Positions 50,701 through 60,180 of a stretch of DNA of 64,000 bases are shown here, piece by piece. A program made the translations under genes and the position numbers. Location of the stretch: NCBI RefSeq assembly GCF_018350175.1, contig NC_058368.1:94056001-94120000 (forward strand). Direction: 5' to 3'. Numbering within the stretch: position 1 is the first letter of the stretch; every line of letters begins with the position of its first letter. The stretch is from Felis catus. Its lineage: Eukaryota. The notes under the pieces were generated by a model, which ran no database searches, was not told where the DNA came from, and worked only from the letters and a program-made list of their open reading frames with translations.

Positions 50701-53700
50701 TCACTTATAAAAATATTCCATTAAAGGTGCTTCTACAAAGTACGAGAAATTACGTGGTCCACGATGTACGAGAGATTACATGGTCCACAAATTGCATGTA
50801 CCTGTTAGATGGACACTCAAACGTTTTTCCTGTTCCTGTTTTGTCGAGGGCCCTAAGAATCAAAGATTAGCAAAACGGTGCTAAAATGAATAATCACATG
50901 TTCTGATCTGTGGTAGGAGGCTCCGGAGGCGCTTCTAGACTCTCTCTCCTTCTCAGGCGTTCTCAAAGCGGGATGGAGGCTAATCCTGGGAAGCATGCAC
51001 AAAAGCGAGGATCTGATACAAATTCAGAATGTTTAAGGATTCCTGGAAGCCTGACACGGAGTAAGGGTTAAGAAGCGCTGGATGAAAGAACATCACAGAA
51101 ATAAAGGGACTAACCGCACGGATTCGTATAATTTTTGAGAGGTTTCCCTTTTTTCCCTACCTCTTCTAATAAGGAGAAGTGTTCAGATCTAAGTCCATGT
51201 TCAAAAAGTTCATATTCCAAAGAACGTGGTACAGTGAGCCCCCAGGTCAATCATTAACACGTGGCTAATCTTGCTTCACCAATATGTACGTATTCCTCAC
51301 CTATTTTTCTCCCCACTCCAATTAATTTGAGGCAAATCCCTTAGCTGTTATCATTTTAACTATACTTTTATACTTTATATTCATTTCTGCAAGGCAACAC
51401 TACACTAAAAGCTACAACGCTGGTAACATTAGCACACGTAAAACAATTGAAAAATGGTTCCTTAGAGTTTTCAATATAAACTCGGTATTCAAATTTCCCT
51501 AAATATCTCAAAAGTTGTTTCCAAATCAGAATCCAAACAGCTCCGACCCCAATCGTCTGGCTGATGTGTCCTTCAAGGGTTCTTGAATCTTTTGGTTCTC
51601 TTCCTGTCTTCCCTTCCCACTTGAAGAAACTGGGTTCTCTGTCCTGCAGCATTTCCAACTTCCTTCTAACTTCCAATGTTGTGCACTTCATTAACGCATA
51701 TTATCAGAAGACACACAATGCCCAGTTACCTCTCCATCTGGAAATGGCCATTGGATTTGGTGCTATCAGTGTGATCGAGCCATGGTACAATTCCCCCACA
51801 GCTTTCCACCACTGGCTTTAGCAGTGACTGGTAACACTGTCTACTCCAGATCCATCATTTTACTAATAGGTGAAAAATGGTGATTTACTACAACTCGGTA
51901 ACTTATTCTGCATTTACCAGCTGGTACATTTTTCTATTCTAAGATGTGAACAACTGCGTTGTGAGTGTCACCAACCGTAGGAGGTATGAGGGACTCATTA
52001 GCTTTTCAAAAGTAGAAAAATAAGATTAAGATAAAAAATGTGATACAAATAAAGGAGATTAACAACTATGAACTGCTTTATTACCACTCACGTGTTATAT
52101 TTATGTATCTGGCTTGTAGAGCAAGCTACCTTATACAAATTAGAATTCATGAAGCTTATGTTACAAACAAGGGCCCCAGAGAAAAACCTTTTTACAAAGC
52201 AAAGCGCATTCACACGGCATGGTAAAATAAGAGAACATTTCTAAAAGTAAGAGTGTATGAATACATCCTGTTAATGCTCACAGTAGGATTATGAGTTAAG
52301 GCTCCTGTACGTTATTATTGAGGAGGGCACTTGTTGGCATGAGCACTGGGTGTTGGATGTAAGTGAGGAATCACGGGAATCTACCCCAAAAACCAAAAGC
52401 ACTCTTTACACACCGTATGTTAGCCAATTTCACAATAAATTATACTAAAAAATAAAGATAAAATAAATATACATTAAAAATAAATAAACATTTCAAAAAA
52501 TTTAAAAAATAATAAGTAACAAATAAAAATGGCTTCTGTCACCACATGACTTGGGCCAACAACCTAACTAGAACCTGGGAACAATGAAATACCACTTTAA
52601 GGGCTTAACAAGTAGAATTAACAAATAATTCCTTCGGATACCTAATTGAGTACCTTTTAGATAAGATCTAAGCTCACATTCTGTTCAAGCTGGAACGAAA
52701 ATGGCCCTTCTCACCACCTGAGCCGCATCTGTTCACAGACTTTAAATCTCTTTCCTTCTCTGTCTCTCGTTAAGCTCTTCTTCAACATAAAGTCCAACCT
52801 GCCTTCCTTAACTATTTTTGTTAGATGGCTTACCACTGATCTTTAATATTTTGCCCTAAGTTCTAGCAAACATTCTAAGAGCAGCCTGAATGAACACTAA
52901 ACACTGGGAGAACACTACCAGGTGGCATATTGATTATAGATTAACGAAGGCATCATTTTGTTTCCAGTTATACCAACCTGCCGGGTTATGGAAGCCATAT
53001 TCCTCATGAACCACAAAAAATGCTTCCGAATGCTGGAGCACTGTCCAGTCTTCCTAAATTTCCTTTCCCACTGAAGGGATCCTCCTCCTTACACTTCAAA
53101 GTTCATCAAATCCTTTCACAGTGGTCTCCACCAAAAATGTCTGAAGTTCCCTGAAATGTCTAATCTACTATAAGAATTAAGATGGATCTGAAAGACTGTG
53201 TGAAAGTCTCAAACTCCGTGTTCATCAGTGGGTGAATGCGTGTGAAATTATGCTTTCCCTCCATCAACACACCATTCTGTTGCTTTTCATTTACCTGGGT
53301 AAGAGCACTGACTCGGTTCTCACTAGGAAACAAAGGCGGGTCTTCTCCAACTTGAAAATCAAAATACACGGTTTTGTGTGTGAACGTGGAAAATTCATTG
53401 CTGAAACAAAACTTGTATGTCCCGTTTTTGGAGGCGGTGAAGGTAAAACTATCATACTGTTTCTTCATCTCTTTGTATAACACGTTACCATCAGGATCTT
53501 CTAATCGACAGTCTACATCATAGTGTCCACCAGTAATCACCTACGAAGACAGAGAAAAAGGGAAGAAAGATATCACTGCAACTCACAAGTCTGACAAAGC
53601 AACCAGACTTCCTGTTAAAAGGATAAGACTCCTGGCAGTGGACTTTTACTATCAAGGGCAATTTCACATTTTTTAATTCCCAGCAGTGGATGGAATTTGG

Positions 53701-56700
53701 GAGGCAGATTTCAGTTCAACCAAAGCTTTACAGACACTGAACAAATTTCCCCATGATGGGAGAGAGCAACTACCTAACCAGCCAAATAACCATTCTAATT
53801 AACGCAGGCCTCTTAAATCATTTGAATCTCCCAACAAACCTACAAGAGGGGGTTTCTGCCCTCCATTTGACAAACTGAGAAACTGAGTTAAGATAAGCAA
53901 CCTACCCAAGATTGCTCATCTAGTAAAAGGCAGAGACAGAATCTGAACCCCAAAGTCACACTCTTGACCGTTAAGCTCACTGCCATGTAGTATTTTCCTT
54001 CCCTAAATGTTCTCCCCTCATTTCCTATGTGCACCATCCAAGCACACACACGGATAGTGTAGTGCAGGAGGAAAGTAGACCAGTCCTTAGCGTAACACCC
54101 CAAGCATGTATCTATTATAGAACTTAAATTCACTTTAATGCCAAATTTAGGTTTGTTTCTTAAGTGCTTCTCTACATCAGTTATATGGAATTTGATACAC
54201 CTTTTGTTTTGAACAGCATTATGGACTGAACAGACCCGTGGGCTACTGATTCTAACAGTATAGCCTCATTTTGCAAATTTGTTTCCCAGAGAAATATCAA
54301 TGATTAAACTATCCTGTTTATACACTTGTGATTAAAGCAAAAACAAAACAAAAGCAAACAAATCTTCTGCTTATCTGGAAGCCCGTATTAAAGGGCAAGC
54401 ATATTTGAAAGGAAAGCCAGGGGGGTAAATGAAAAGTTCTGAAGAGGACTTTGGAGTTATTTTCAAGGGCTTGTGCTTCATCAGTTACAATTTAAAGGCC
54501 CATTTGGGTCGTACAAATGAAGGGGAGGGAGATTCTTCCTGAGGTAAGTAGACAAGCATAATGAGAGAGGAAAAGGAGAAAAGGATTAAAGAGGAGAAAG
54601 GCCTCCTTAGAGGACAAAGAATTAAGTAGGAAGAAAGAGGGAGGGGAGATGTAAGAAACAAAGGGTGCAGGCTGAAAGAATGGGAAAGAAGTGAGGAAGA
54701 AGAGATGCGGGTTTGAGGGTTCCCAACCCCCATGAGAGCAGGTGACACAAGCCTGTACTTTCAAGTGTGAACTCTCCCGGTGAGCACAATGTTGCCATTC
54801 TAGATCTGCAGAACAGAGATCAAACCTCGCACTTCAAAGAAGGATCAGCTGCTAATGTGACCTTTTGTCACTTAGGAAATACGATGAATAACTGAACTAT
54901 GTTACAAGATCACTTTGACAAATAAATGTAATATAACTATGTACTGAGGAAACTGCTAAGGAAACTGTTAATATGTAAATATTAACATACAGGTACGATG
55001 TTTCGACTTAAAAAGTGTCTTATCAACTGGGCATTTACTGCCTCTCCAATGTCAACAACTTTTCCTCCAGGTGAAAGTCATGACTTCATTTTTATGTACC
55101 TGATTATTCGTACTTGGCCGTTGTGCTGTGAATGGTCAAATACAACAAAACTGAACAGGACCAGAACAGATCACCATGCCACTCTTCCTCCAGCAAACTT
55201 CCAAACAAATCATCTTATTTCAGATAAAAAATACCCCTTTAGAATCTGTCCGGTCACATAATGTAGAAACTGGGAATCATCCCAAACGAAGTCTCCCTAC
55301 TTGTCCGGTTAGTCACACAAATTTCTTGACGTTGCTTCCTCCCTCAAATTCATCCGGCCTCTTCCACTCCTAATCCAGAGTCTAGACAGGACTGAAGCCA
55401 CAACTTCCTAAAAGGTCTTCCCGTAACCCAATCTCTCTTCCCTCGAAACCCAGGGGTTCTCAGTCTCAGTTGGTTTAGGGATGGATAATTGTTTGTGGCA
55501 GGGGGTTGCGTTGCCCGGGGCACCGTGGCATGTTTACAACCATCTCTGGTTTCCGTTCACCAGACGCCAGTAGAGTCGCCCCTCCCACGTCTCCTGGCCT
55601 CCCCATCACCCGTTCGCTTAAAACCTTGTGATAAATTCAGAAAAATCCCAACCTGTTAACAGTGCCATACCACTCCTCTGTGTCTCGTCAAGGTGGCCTC
55701 AACAACCCTTTCTCTGTGTTCCAAAAATAGCAGACTGCCAGAAGTTCTCTGAACAGATCTTTGTTTTACATCTGCTCAAACAGTGGTGAGTTAAACAGGT
55801 CCTGTTTGCTCAACAATCACAGGACCCAAAACGACGATACTTACAGATCTACGGCTTATTACGGGGAAAGAACAGAATATAAAACATCACAGTCAAAGTG
55901 TCCACCAGAAGGGGGTCGGTGAGGTGAGGCATGGGCTCCTTTGCCCTCCCTCTGTGAGGACTGTAGCCAAACAAGGACTCTCGACTAGGAACCACACAAG
56001 TGTGCAAGGAACACCTTGCAACCAGTGAGTCCCAAAAAGAGGCCTGTCACTGGTCACACAGGCACATCCCTGCTATATTACCAGTCTCAACAGCACAGCC
56101 TTTTGGGGGGCTGGGGGATATCTCACCAAGACCAGGTACAAATCATCAATCCCACTATTACCAACAAACAATGCTGACAAACTGGGACAAATCACCCCTG
56201 AAGCCCTTGGACCCACAGTTACAAAGCAACACTATTACTCACTGTACTTCAGTGTGGGCTCAAGCTAATTTCAGGAACTGAGTCTCACAAACACAATCTA
56301 CCTGCCTAGGATGTCCGTTCCCCTATGCCATCTTGTAGAGTAGCTCCTCTTTCTCCTAGACACAATTCAAACATCAGCCCCTCCGGTGACATTTCCCTGG
56401 ATGAGCCCTCTCCTTCTGCCCAGCACTGTACCTAGTGTGTACCTTCACTGTTGCATTTAACACTGTATGACTGCATGTATCCATGTAAGCTCCCTGAGGT
56501 CAAGGTCAGTCTCACTGACCTTTGGGAGGCAGTGTATAGGAGTTAAGAACTTAACCTGGAACTGCATACTCATTCTGCCACGTGCTACGTTTTGCAACCT
56601 TGGGCTTAAAGCTTTCAAAGCCTTAGCTTCCTAAGTAAGGAAGAAGTAAGAACTCTACCCATTTCCTATGGAGGTATCCTGAGAATTAAGTAACACGCCT

Positions 56701-59081
56701 GAAATGCTTGGCGTGCTGTCTGCTACCTAACAGACATAACAGCCCATAACAGTAGTGGTGGTATTCTCGGCACCAAGCACGGTGTCTGACGCTGATACCT
56801 GAAATACACAGACATTTTTATATTACGATTCCTGCTATCTTCTTTTCAGTCCCCTCGTTCTAACCCATGAAGTTAAACAAACCAAAGGGTGATCCTTAGC
56901 CTCCCTTCCCTTACTCGCGGTAGCCAAACATCATCAAGTCCTGTTGATTTCACCTACTGGCTTCTCTCCAATCCTTTCACTTGTCTCCTCCTCTACAGCT
57001 ACCACCCTTGAAGCCTGGACCACTATAATAGTCTCCTATAGCCATCTCTCCAACACCCTAATACTTTCTCTACCTGCACAAGTGAACATACAGTTACCAA
57101 AACTGCGTGAATCATATCACTGCACTGCTCACAACGCTCTGATGGCTTTCCCATACTCTGAGGAAAAACTAAAATCCTTAACTAGGCCAGCAAGGCACAT
57201 GGTCTCACCCCTGACCTCTCTTCCTCTGGCTCCTTATTCCCAAGTACATTGGATCTCACGATAGACCTCAAATTCCCAGCCACTCTTAACGCTTTTGCAA
57301 AGGCTATTCTATTCCCTCACCACTCCCCTTACCAAAGTATGTACAACTAATCCTTTACAGTTCAGCCTAAAATCACTTCCTAAAGGAAGCTCTCATAGAT
57401 CCCAAAGATTAGACCGTTTATCCCCTATTTTCTGCCTTTTTAAAAAAATTATTTCTGGGGCGCCTGGCTGGCTCAGTCGGTTAAGCGTCCGACTTCGGCT
57501 CAGGTCACGATCTCGCGGTCCGTGAGTTCGAGCCCCGCGTTGGGCTCTGTGCTGTGCTGCTCAGAGCCTGGAGCCTGTTTCAGATTCTGTGTCTCCCTCT
57601 CTCTCTGACCCTCCCCCGTTCATGCTCTGTCTCTCTCTGTCTCAAAAATAAATAAATGTTAAAAAAAAATTAAAAAAAAATTATTTCTTTATTTTGAGAG
57701 CGGAAGCAGGAGAGAAGCAGAAAGAGTGAGACACAGAATCCACAGCAGACCCTGCACTGTCAGCGAGGAGCCTGATAAGGGGGCTTGAACTACGAACCGT
57801 AAGATCACGACTGGAGCCGGGATCAAGAGTCAGACAGACACTCAACCGACTGAGACACCCAGATTTTCTGCTCTTAAGGTAGTTTTGATGAATGAGCAGG
57901 TACTAATTAAGAAAAGGGTTGGATGCAGAAGGAATCGAGAATGATGTAAGCGAAACAATCTATTTGTACCACTTCCTATCACCAGCACCTAGCACTCAAT
58001 AGCTGCTCAAATAAGCTAAACGAGTCTACCAACAAAACAGAAATAAAGACTGTTGGGGTGCCTGGGTAGCTCAGTTGATTAAGGTCTGACCCTTGATCTC
58101 TGCTCAGGTCATGATTTCATGGCTGGTGGGACTGAGCCCCATGACGGGCTCTGTGCTGACCACATGGAGCCTGCTTGGGAGTCTCTCTCTCTGCCCCTCC
58201 CCCCACACATCTGCTTTCTCCCCCTCTCTCTGTCAAAATAAATAAAGTAAAAAAAAAAAAAAAGAAATAAAGATTGCTGTAGCAAACTTAAGAAAGTACA
58301 TTCTGTTAAATAAAGTTTCTTTCCTATTAAGATCCCAAAGATGAAAAGGGTCCTCTCATTTATCACAGCTATTCGTTCAATGCCTTTGGCAGATGGTCTT
58401 CTAGCCTCGAAAGGAGTTCCTCCTGTGACAGGGACAGCATTAACCAAAAGTCCTAACATCAATGGAAAAACTGAAAAACAACGGAATTAGATATTGGCAG
58501 GACTTCAAAACTGATTCAAGTGGAGGTGTCAATCAGAGAGCAGGGGACCGGTCACTGAGCACTATACAACAGGAAGAAGTTCTGTTTAAAAGAAGTGCTT
58601 TAAGGGGGAAAGTTCAATAGGCCTTAAAACGAAGAACATTTTGGAGCATAGAAGGAAAAGTCACAGGAACCATTTCTGGAACTCCTGTATCTTCATATTT
58701 CGTCTAAAATGGCTCTCGCCCAAGATGTATAACAGGAAAGGCAAATGCCCTGCATCAGCTACCTAGAGGTGATTCTTGACTCAGCCCAAGAGTGGAGAAA
58801 CCCAGACAGGAACGAGTCACCAAGCAGGATGCAGCCCCCGACCCCAGAACCGTGAGCTGGGGCCCCTGGACTTTCAGAGCTCGTCGTACCTGGAACTCGA
58901 GGGTGCACTTGGTGCCCTGCGTGATGTCCTCGTAGAAACACTGCTTGGCATTGTCCGGCAGCTCGAAGGTGATCTCGGAGGCGCCGCCGGGCCCCGGCAC
59001 CAGCAGCAGCAGCGCGAGCAGCCTGCAGCTCCAACGGCCCGCGGCGGCCGCCCAGCGCTGCGCGGACCCCGGCCCCGGCAT
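16487..59081 (-). CDS. TMED7-TICAM2: Predicted TMED7-TICAM2 read-through (TAG) CDS: join(58890-59081, 53295-53540, 49260-49387, 16487-17132), 403 aa
   Basis: Internal donor TG|GTCAGT at 49260 and internal acceptor AAAAG|T at 17132 are phase-compatible; 566+646 = 1212 nt open frame; architecture matches the known human TAG isoform; expression not shown. Confidence 0.55.
17192..17249 (-). other. TICAM2: TICAM2 exon 2 5' UTR portion, starting at the canonical splice acceptor
   Basis: Strong polypyrimidine tract and acceptor ctgctttgttgtttcttctctctttag|ATG at 17250/17249, 58 nt upstream of the main ATG. Confidence 0.8.
18310..18521 (+). mobile_element. SINEC_Fc-type SINE
   Basis: Consensus; TSD taata(t/c)atattttta. 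Confidence 0.92.
18531..18692 (-). mobile_element. SINEC_Fc-type SINE
   Basis: Reverse consensus, tail-to-tail with the previous SINE. Confidence 0.88.
19327..19494 (-). mobile_element. SINEC_Fc-type SINE
   Basis: Reverse consensus; flanking duplication actacact(g/a)caatttca. Confidence 0.88.
20492..21140 (-). mobile_element. 5'-truncated carnivore LINE-1 (ORF2 C-terminus, 3' UTR, degenerate (GTT)n/poly-A tail)
   Basis: Minus-strand [40 protein letters not shown]...WIKKMWYI is the L1 ORF2 C-terminal region; imperfect flanking duplication cattgtttct/cattatttct. Confidence 0.9.
21223..21254. repeat. (CA)n microsatellite
   Basis: Direct reading. Confidence 0.95.
21948..22395 (+). mobile_element. 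Two SINEs in tandem (21948-22150, 22192-22395)
   Basis: Two consensus heads and tails. Confidence 0.9.
23955..24183 (+). mobile_element. SINEC_Fc-type SINE
   Basis: Consensus head and tail. Confidence 0.92.
24675..24865 (-). mobile_element. SINEC_Fc-type SINE
   Basis: Reverse consensus. Confidence 0.9.
24903..25332 (+). mobile_element. Head-to-tail SINE dimer (24903-25106, 25118-25332) inside one TSD
   Basis: 17-bp TSD aaaacctaaagactgta at 24886-24902 and 25334-25350. Confidence 0.9.
25922..26362 (+). mobile_element. Two SINEs in tandem (25922-26137, 26139-26362)
   Basis: Two heads and two tails. Confidence 0.88.
26375..26562. mobile_element. TcMar-Tigger MITE fragment (MER47-like)
   Basis: gctaagctgcgatgttcggt...gtgtattaaatgcactttt gactta...caactgacgat. 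Confidence 0.6.
26855..27140 (-). mobile_element. Short LINE-1 3' UTR fragment
   Basis: Poly-T followed by tttattgtcaaactggctaacatacagtgtg...cacccagtgctcat, typical carnivore L1 3' end. Confidence 0.75.
27410..28380. mobile_element. L2 LINE fragments
   Basis: Purine-rich degenerate L2 signature (caggcagggggaacagcatgtgcaaaaacacagag, gacatgatctgactt, ctgtactaaggaagtgacagggg). Confidence 0.55.
28380..28577 (+). mobile_element. SINEC_Fc-type SINE
   Basis: Consensus body and A tail. Confidence 0.85.
29165..29665 (+). mobile_element. Old ERVL-type LTR (LTR16/LTR33-like)
   Basis: gtatttcctagactccctt and 3' ...ctttctgcttcaaccagccggagt...ttctgggcaactaa resemble these families. Confidence 0.4.
29706..29914. 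mobile_element. MER58A-like hAT-Charlie MITE
   Basis: cctgtttttgtaaataaagttttattg...ggcagagttgagtagt...atatttactgtctggccctt. Confidence 0.75.
30041..30250 (-). mobile_element. SINEC_Fc-type SINE
   Basis: Reverse consensus. Confidence 0.9.
31268..31330. repeat. Short purine-rich tandem duplication (~25-bp period)
   Basis: gcaagggaaaaggtgagag occurs twice, then a partial third copy. Confidence 0.75.
31795..31992 (-). mobile_element. SINEC_Fc-type SINE
   Basis: Reverse consensus; flanking duplication tggacacac. Confidence 0.9.
32152..32368 (+). mobile_element. SINEC_Fc-type SINE
   Basis: Consensus; flanking duplication ccttgggag. Confidence 0.9.
33380..34240 (-). promoter_or_regulatory. TICAM2: CpG island: TICAM2 promoter and non-coding exon 1
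   Basis: Only CpG island between TMED7 and the TICAM2 coding exon; GC boxes; candidate minus-strand donors CAG|GCGAGT (33506) and TCG|GTGGGT (33425); exon boundaries inferred. Confidence 0.75.
33596..33742. repeat. Two-copy ~74-bp tandem duplication in the TICAM2 promoter
   Basis: Units start at 33596 and 33670; 45-nt core identical at 41/45 positions. Confidence 0.85.
34986..35186 (+). mobile_element. SINEC_Fc-type SINE
   Basis: Consensus; TSD gaatattcattg. Confidence 0.9.
35814..36021 (+). mobile_element. SINEC_Fc-type SINE
   Basis: Consensus body and A tail. Confidence 0.9.
36256..36742 (+). mobile_element. Solo ERV LTR inserted in old L1 (family uncertain)
   Basis: TG...CA termini, TATA-like ctataaaa at ~36457, 3' end aaagtcctttgtctctg...gtaaaatc...cttgaca typical of eutherian MER-type LTRs. 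Confidence 0.6.
38380..38578 (-). mobile_element. SINEC_Fc-type SINE
   Basis: Reverse consensus; TSD agaaaagaggtca. Confidence 0.9.
39271..39485 (+). mobile_element. SINEC_Fc-type SINE
   Basis: Consensus. Confidence 0.9.
40076..40257 (-). mobile_element. SINEC_Fc-type SINE
   Basis: Reverse consensus. Confidence 0.88.
40705..41486 (+). mobile_element. MaLR (MLT1-like) LTR split by a SINE
   Basis: cagccttgtgaacccctgaacagaggaccca...actgtgagataataaa...tgctgtttta...atagaaaatgaacataca MLT1 3' signature. Confidence 0.7.
41210..41418 (-). mobile_element. SINE inserted into the MLT1 LTR
   Basis: Reverse consensus; TSD gtatgctgtttta. Confidence 0.9.
41963..42182 (+). mobile_element. SINEC_Fc-type SINE
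   Basis: Consensus; flanking duplication agaaagaaa. Confidence 0.88.
42562..42727 (-). mobile_element. SINEC_Fc-type SINE (internal deletion)
   Basis: Reverse consensus; TSD cagaaagagctttt. Confidence 0.88.
43112..43285 (+). mobile_element. SINEC_Fc-type SINE
   Basis: Consensus. Confidence 0.88.
43598..43797 (+). mobile_element. SINEC_Fc-type SINE
   Basis: Consensus; flanking duplication aaatgcaaa. Confidence 0.9.
43887..44063 (-). mobile_element. Carnivore SINE
   Basis: Reverse consensus. Confidence 0.85.
44248..44433 (-). mobile_element. SINEC_Fc-type SINE
   Basis: Reverse consensus; flanking duplication taataactt. Confidence 0.88.
44525..44657 (+). mobile_element. Internally deleted SINE whose tail runs into (CA)n
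   Basis: Head intact, B-box region missing. Confidence 0.8.
44659..44722. repeat. (CA)n microsatellite, ~32 units
   Basis: Direct reading; one interruption. Confidence 0.95.
46395..49150 (-). other. TMED7: TMED7 3' UTR (~2.75 kb, end approximate)
   Basis: SINE-free AT-rich sequence between the stop codon and the AATAAA at 46412-46417. Confidence 0.65.
46412..46417 (-). terminator. TMED7: Likely TMED7 polyadenylation signal AATAAA
   Basis: Plus-strand tttatt; on the minus strand followed ~20-45 nt later by a U/GU-rich tract (cttgtttctgtcaggatttgtctttt). Confidence 0.65.
49151..49387 (-). CDS. TMED7: TMED7 coding exon 3 (aa 147-224): coiled coil, TM helix, cytoplasmic tail with FF motif
   Basis: Acceptor tctctttag|ATG at 49388/49387; [13 protein letters not shown]...[39 protein letters not shown] then TAA; the three exons join in frame to 224 aa. 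Confidence 0.97.
50740..50791. repeat. Two-copy 26-bp tandem duplication
   Basis: gtacgagaaattacgtggtccacgat / gtacgagagattacatggtccacaaa. Confidence 0.85.
52318..52510 (+). mobile_element. Short LINE-1 3' end in TMED7 intron 2
   Basis: gagggcacttgttggcatgagcactgggtgttg...aataaa plus A-rich tail; same element type as 26855-27140 in the opposite orientation. Confidence 0.75.
53295..53540 (-). CDS. TMED7: TMED7 coding exon 2 (aa 65-146): GOLD domain, N-glycosylation sequon NGT at N103
   Basis: Acceptor tcttcgtag|GTG at 53541/53540; [18 protein letters not shown]...[12 protein letters not shown]; 246 nt; donor CAG|GTAAAT at 53295/53294. Confidence 0.97.
55451..55610. mobile_element. MER20-like hAT MITE fragment
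   Basis: cagggggttctca...ggataatt...catgtttacaaccatctctgg...cagacgccagtag. Confidence 0.6.
55760..56290 (-). mobile_element. Old ERVL-type LTR relic (MER68/MER77/MER21-like) in TMED7 intron 1
   Basis: tacttacag...ggcttattacggggaaag...actggtcacacaggcac...accaggtaca...acaaagcaacact motifs; family from memory. Confidence 0.4.
57457..57680 (+). mobile_element. Young SINEC_Fc SINE in TMED7 intron 1
   Basis: CpG-intact consensus; TSD aaaaaaattatttct. Confidence 0.93.
57685..57861 (-). mobile_element. Older SINE, tail-to-tail with the previous one
   Basis: Reverse consensus. Confidence 0.85.
58055..58263 (+). mobile_element. SINEC_Fc-type SINE
   Basis: Consensus; TSD agaaataaaga(c/t)tg. Confidence 0.9.
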
Positions 59082-59570
59082 CCCGAGGCGACGGAGGCGG
59101 CCTCAACCGAGCTGCGGGGAGACTCGGGGTCACGTCTGCGCGGACTCACCACGAGCGGCAGGCCTCGGTCCGGGCCGCCCGCGAAGACGCACGGGAGTCG
59201 CTCCGGGCCACGGAGAGATTCGCGATGAGCGACGAGCCGCTGGGAGCGAGGGAAGGGCGCGAGAGACCCGGGACTGGGGCCGGGAACGACCTACAGAGCA
59301 GAGATAAAGCCGGCACAGCACTGGCGGAAAAGGCCTGAGATGGCCGGAAGTGGGGCTAGCGCCTGGCAAAAGGGGGCGGGGCTTGAGGCACCTGCTCCAG
59401 CAACCCGGATGTGCTCGGCCCGGGCAGTGGGGAGAGGCCTTGGAGTGTGTACGTGGAAGCTCGCGAGACGTCTGCGTGGTCTCCGTCGGCGCCAGAGGCG
59501 AGGGGCGGGGCCAGCGTAATGAGCGTGGCAGGGCGGGCCCAGAAAAAAGGGTGTGTCCAACCGGTGTCTA
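58850..59570. promoter_or_regulatory. TMED7: TMED7 CpG-island promoter and 5' UTR
   Basis: Dense CpG around exon 1; ETS/GABPA motif CCGGAAGT 59344-59351; GC boxes GGGGCGGGGC 59373-59382 and 59502-59511; CTCGCGAGA (BANP/ZBTB33-type) 59460-59468; housekeeping-type promoter. Confidence 0.85.
58890..59081 (-). CDS. TMED7: TMED7 coding exon 1 (aa 1-64): signal peptide and start of GOLD domain
   Basis: ATG at 59081; translates [64 protein letters not shown], recognised as the TMED7 N-terminus; 192 nt; phase-0 donor CAG|GTACGA at 58890/58889. Confidence 0.97.
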
Positions 59571-59779
59571 GATAGGGCTTGTGGCCGGCTGGTACAGCTC
59601 AGCGAGCATAAACTACAGTTTTTCTTGTTCCTGTGAGAACTGATCGCTGGGGGGGGGGTCTCCGAAGGAGTTATGAGGAGCTCATTTTACCCTACGGGGC
59701 TAATAACTGGTAGTAGAGCACTTTGCAACTTGCTGAGAGTTTTCTCATAAATAATAACAAATATTTGGGGGAAGCCGTT

Positions 59780-60180
59780 TAGCCAGGAGCTTGAATACTG
59801 GGACCACTACCCTACAGGACTTTTAATCCCTGTTCTGCTACTTACTGGCTGTGTGACCTTGGGCCAGTTGCTTAACCTCTCTAATTCAGTCTTCGCAACT
59901 GTAAAGTGAGGATAATACTACCTAACCCAGACGATTATTACAAGACCTTAATATTTGCAAAGAGTACCCAGGAGAATGATCATCATATAGTAGGCACTCA
60001 GTAAGCTTTTGTTAAATAAAAATAAACATCAGCTGAGGCTTCATTATCAGTAGGCACTATGCTAAGCCTATTACCCAGGTCTTTTGATCCTTCTCCCGTG
60101 TATTATGACTCCTGTTTTACCGGTAAGGAAATCGAAGATCCAAAAAGTTGAGTAACTTACCTAAGATCACACACTGGTTT
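59780..60180. mobile_element. Two MIR fragments upstream of the TMED7 promoter
   Basis: acttactggctgtgtgaccttgggccagttgcttaacctctct and ttttaccggtaaggaaatcg...gtaacttacctaagatcacac. Confidence 0.65.

Noticed and set aside
53160..53294. ORF-track extensions of TMED7 exon 2 (VNEKQQ...) and likewise exon 1 (VRRALK...)
   Set aside because: Read-through into introns past strong GT donors; the spliced frame gives the proper 224-aa protein
58759..59571. Overlapping ORFs on both strands in the TMED7 CpG island, possible divergent gene
   Set aside because: GC-rich artefacts; no downstream plus-strand exons recognised before the window ends
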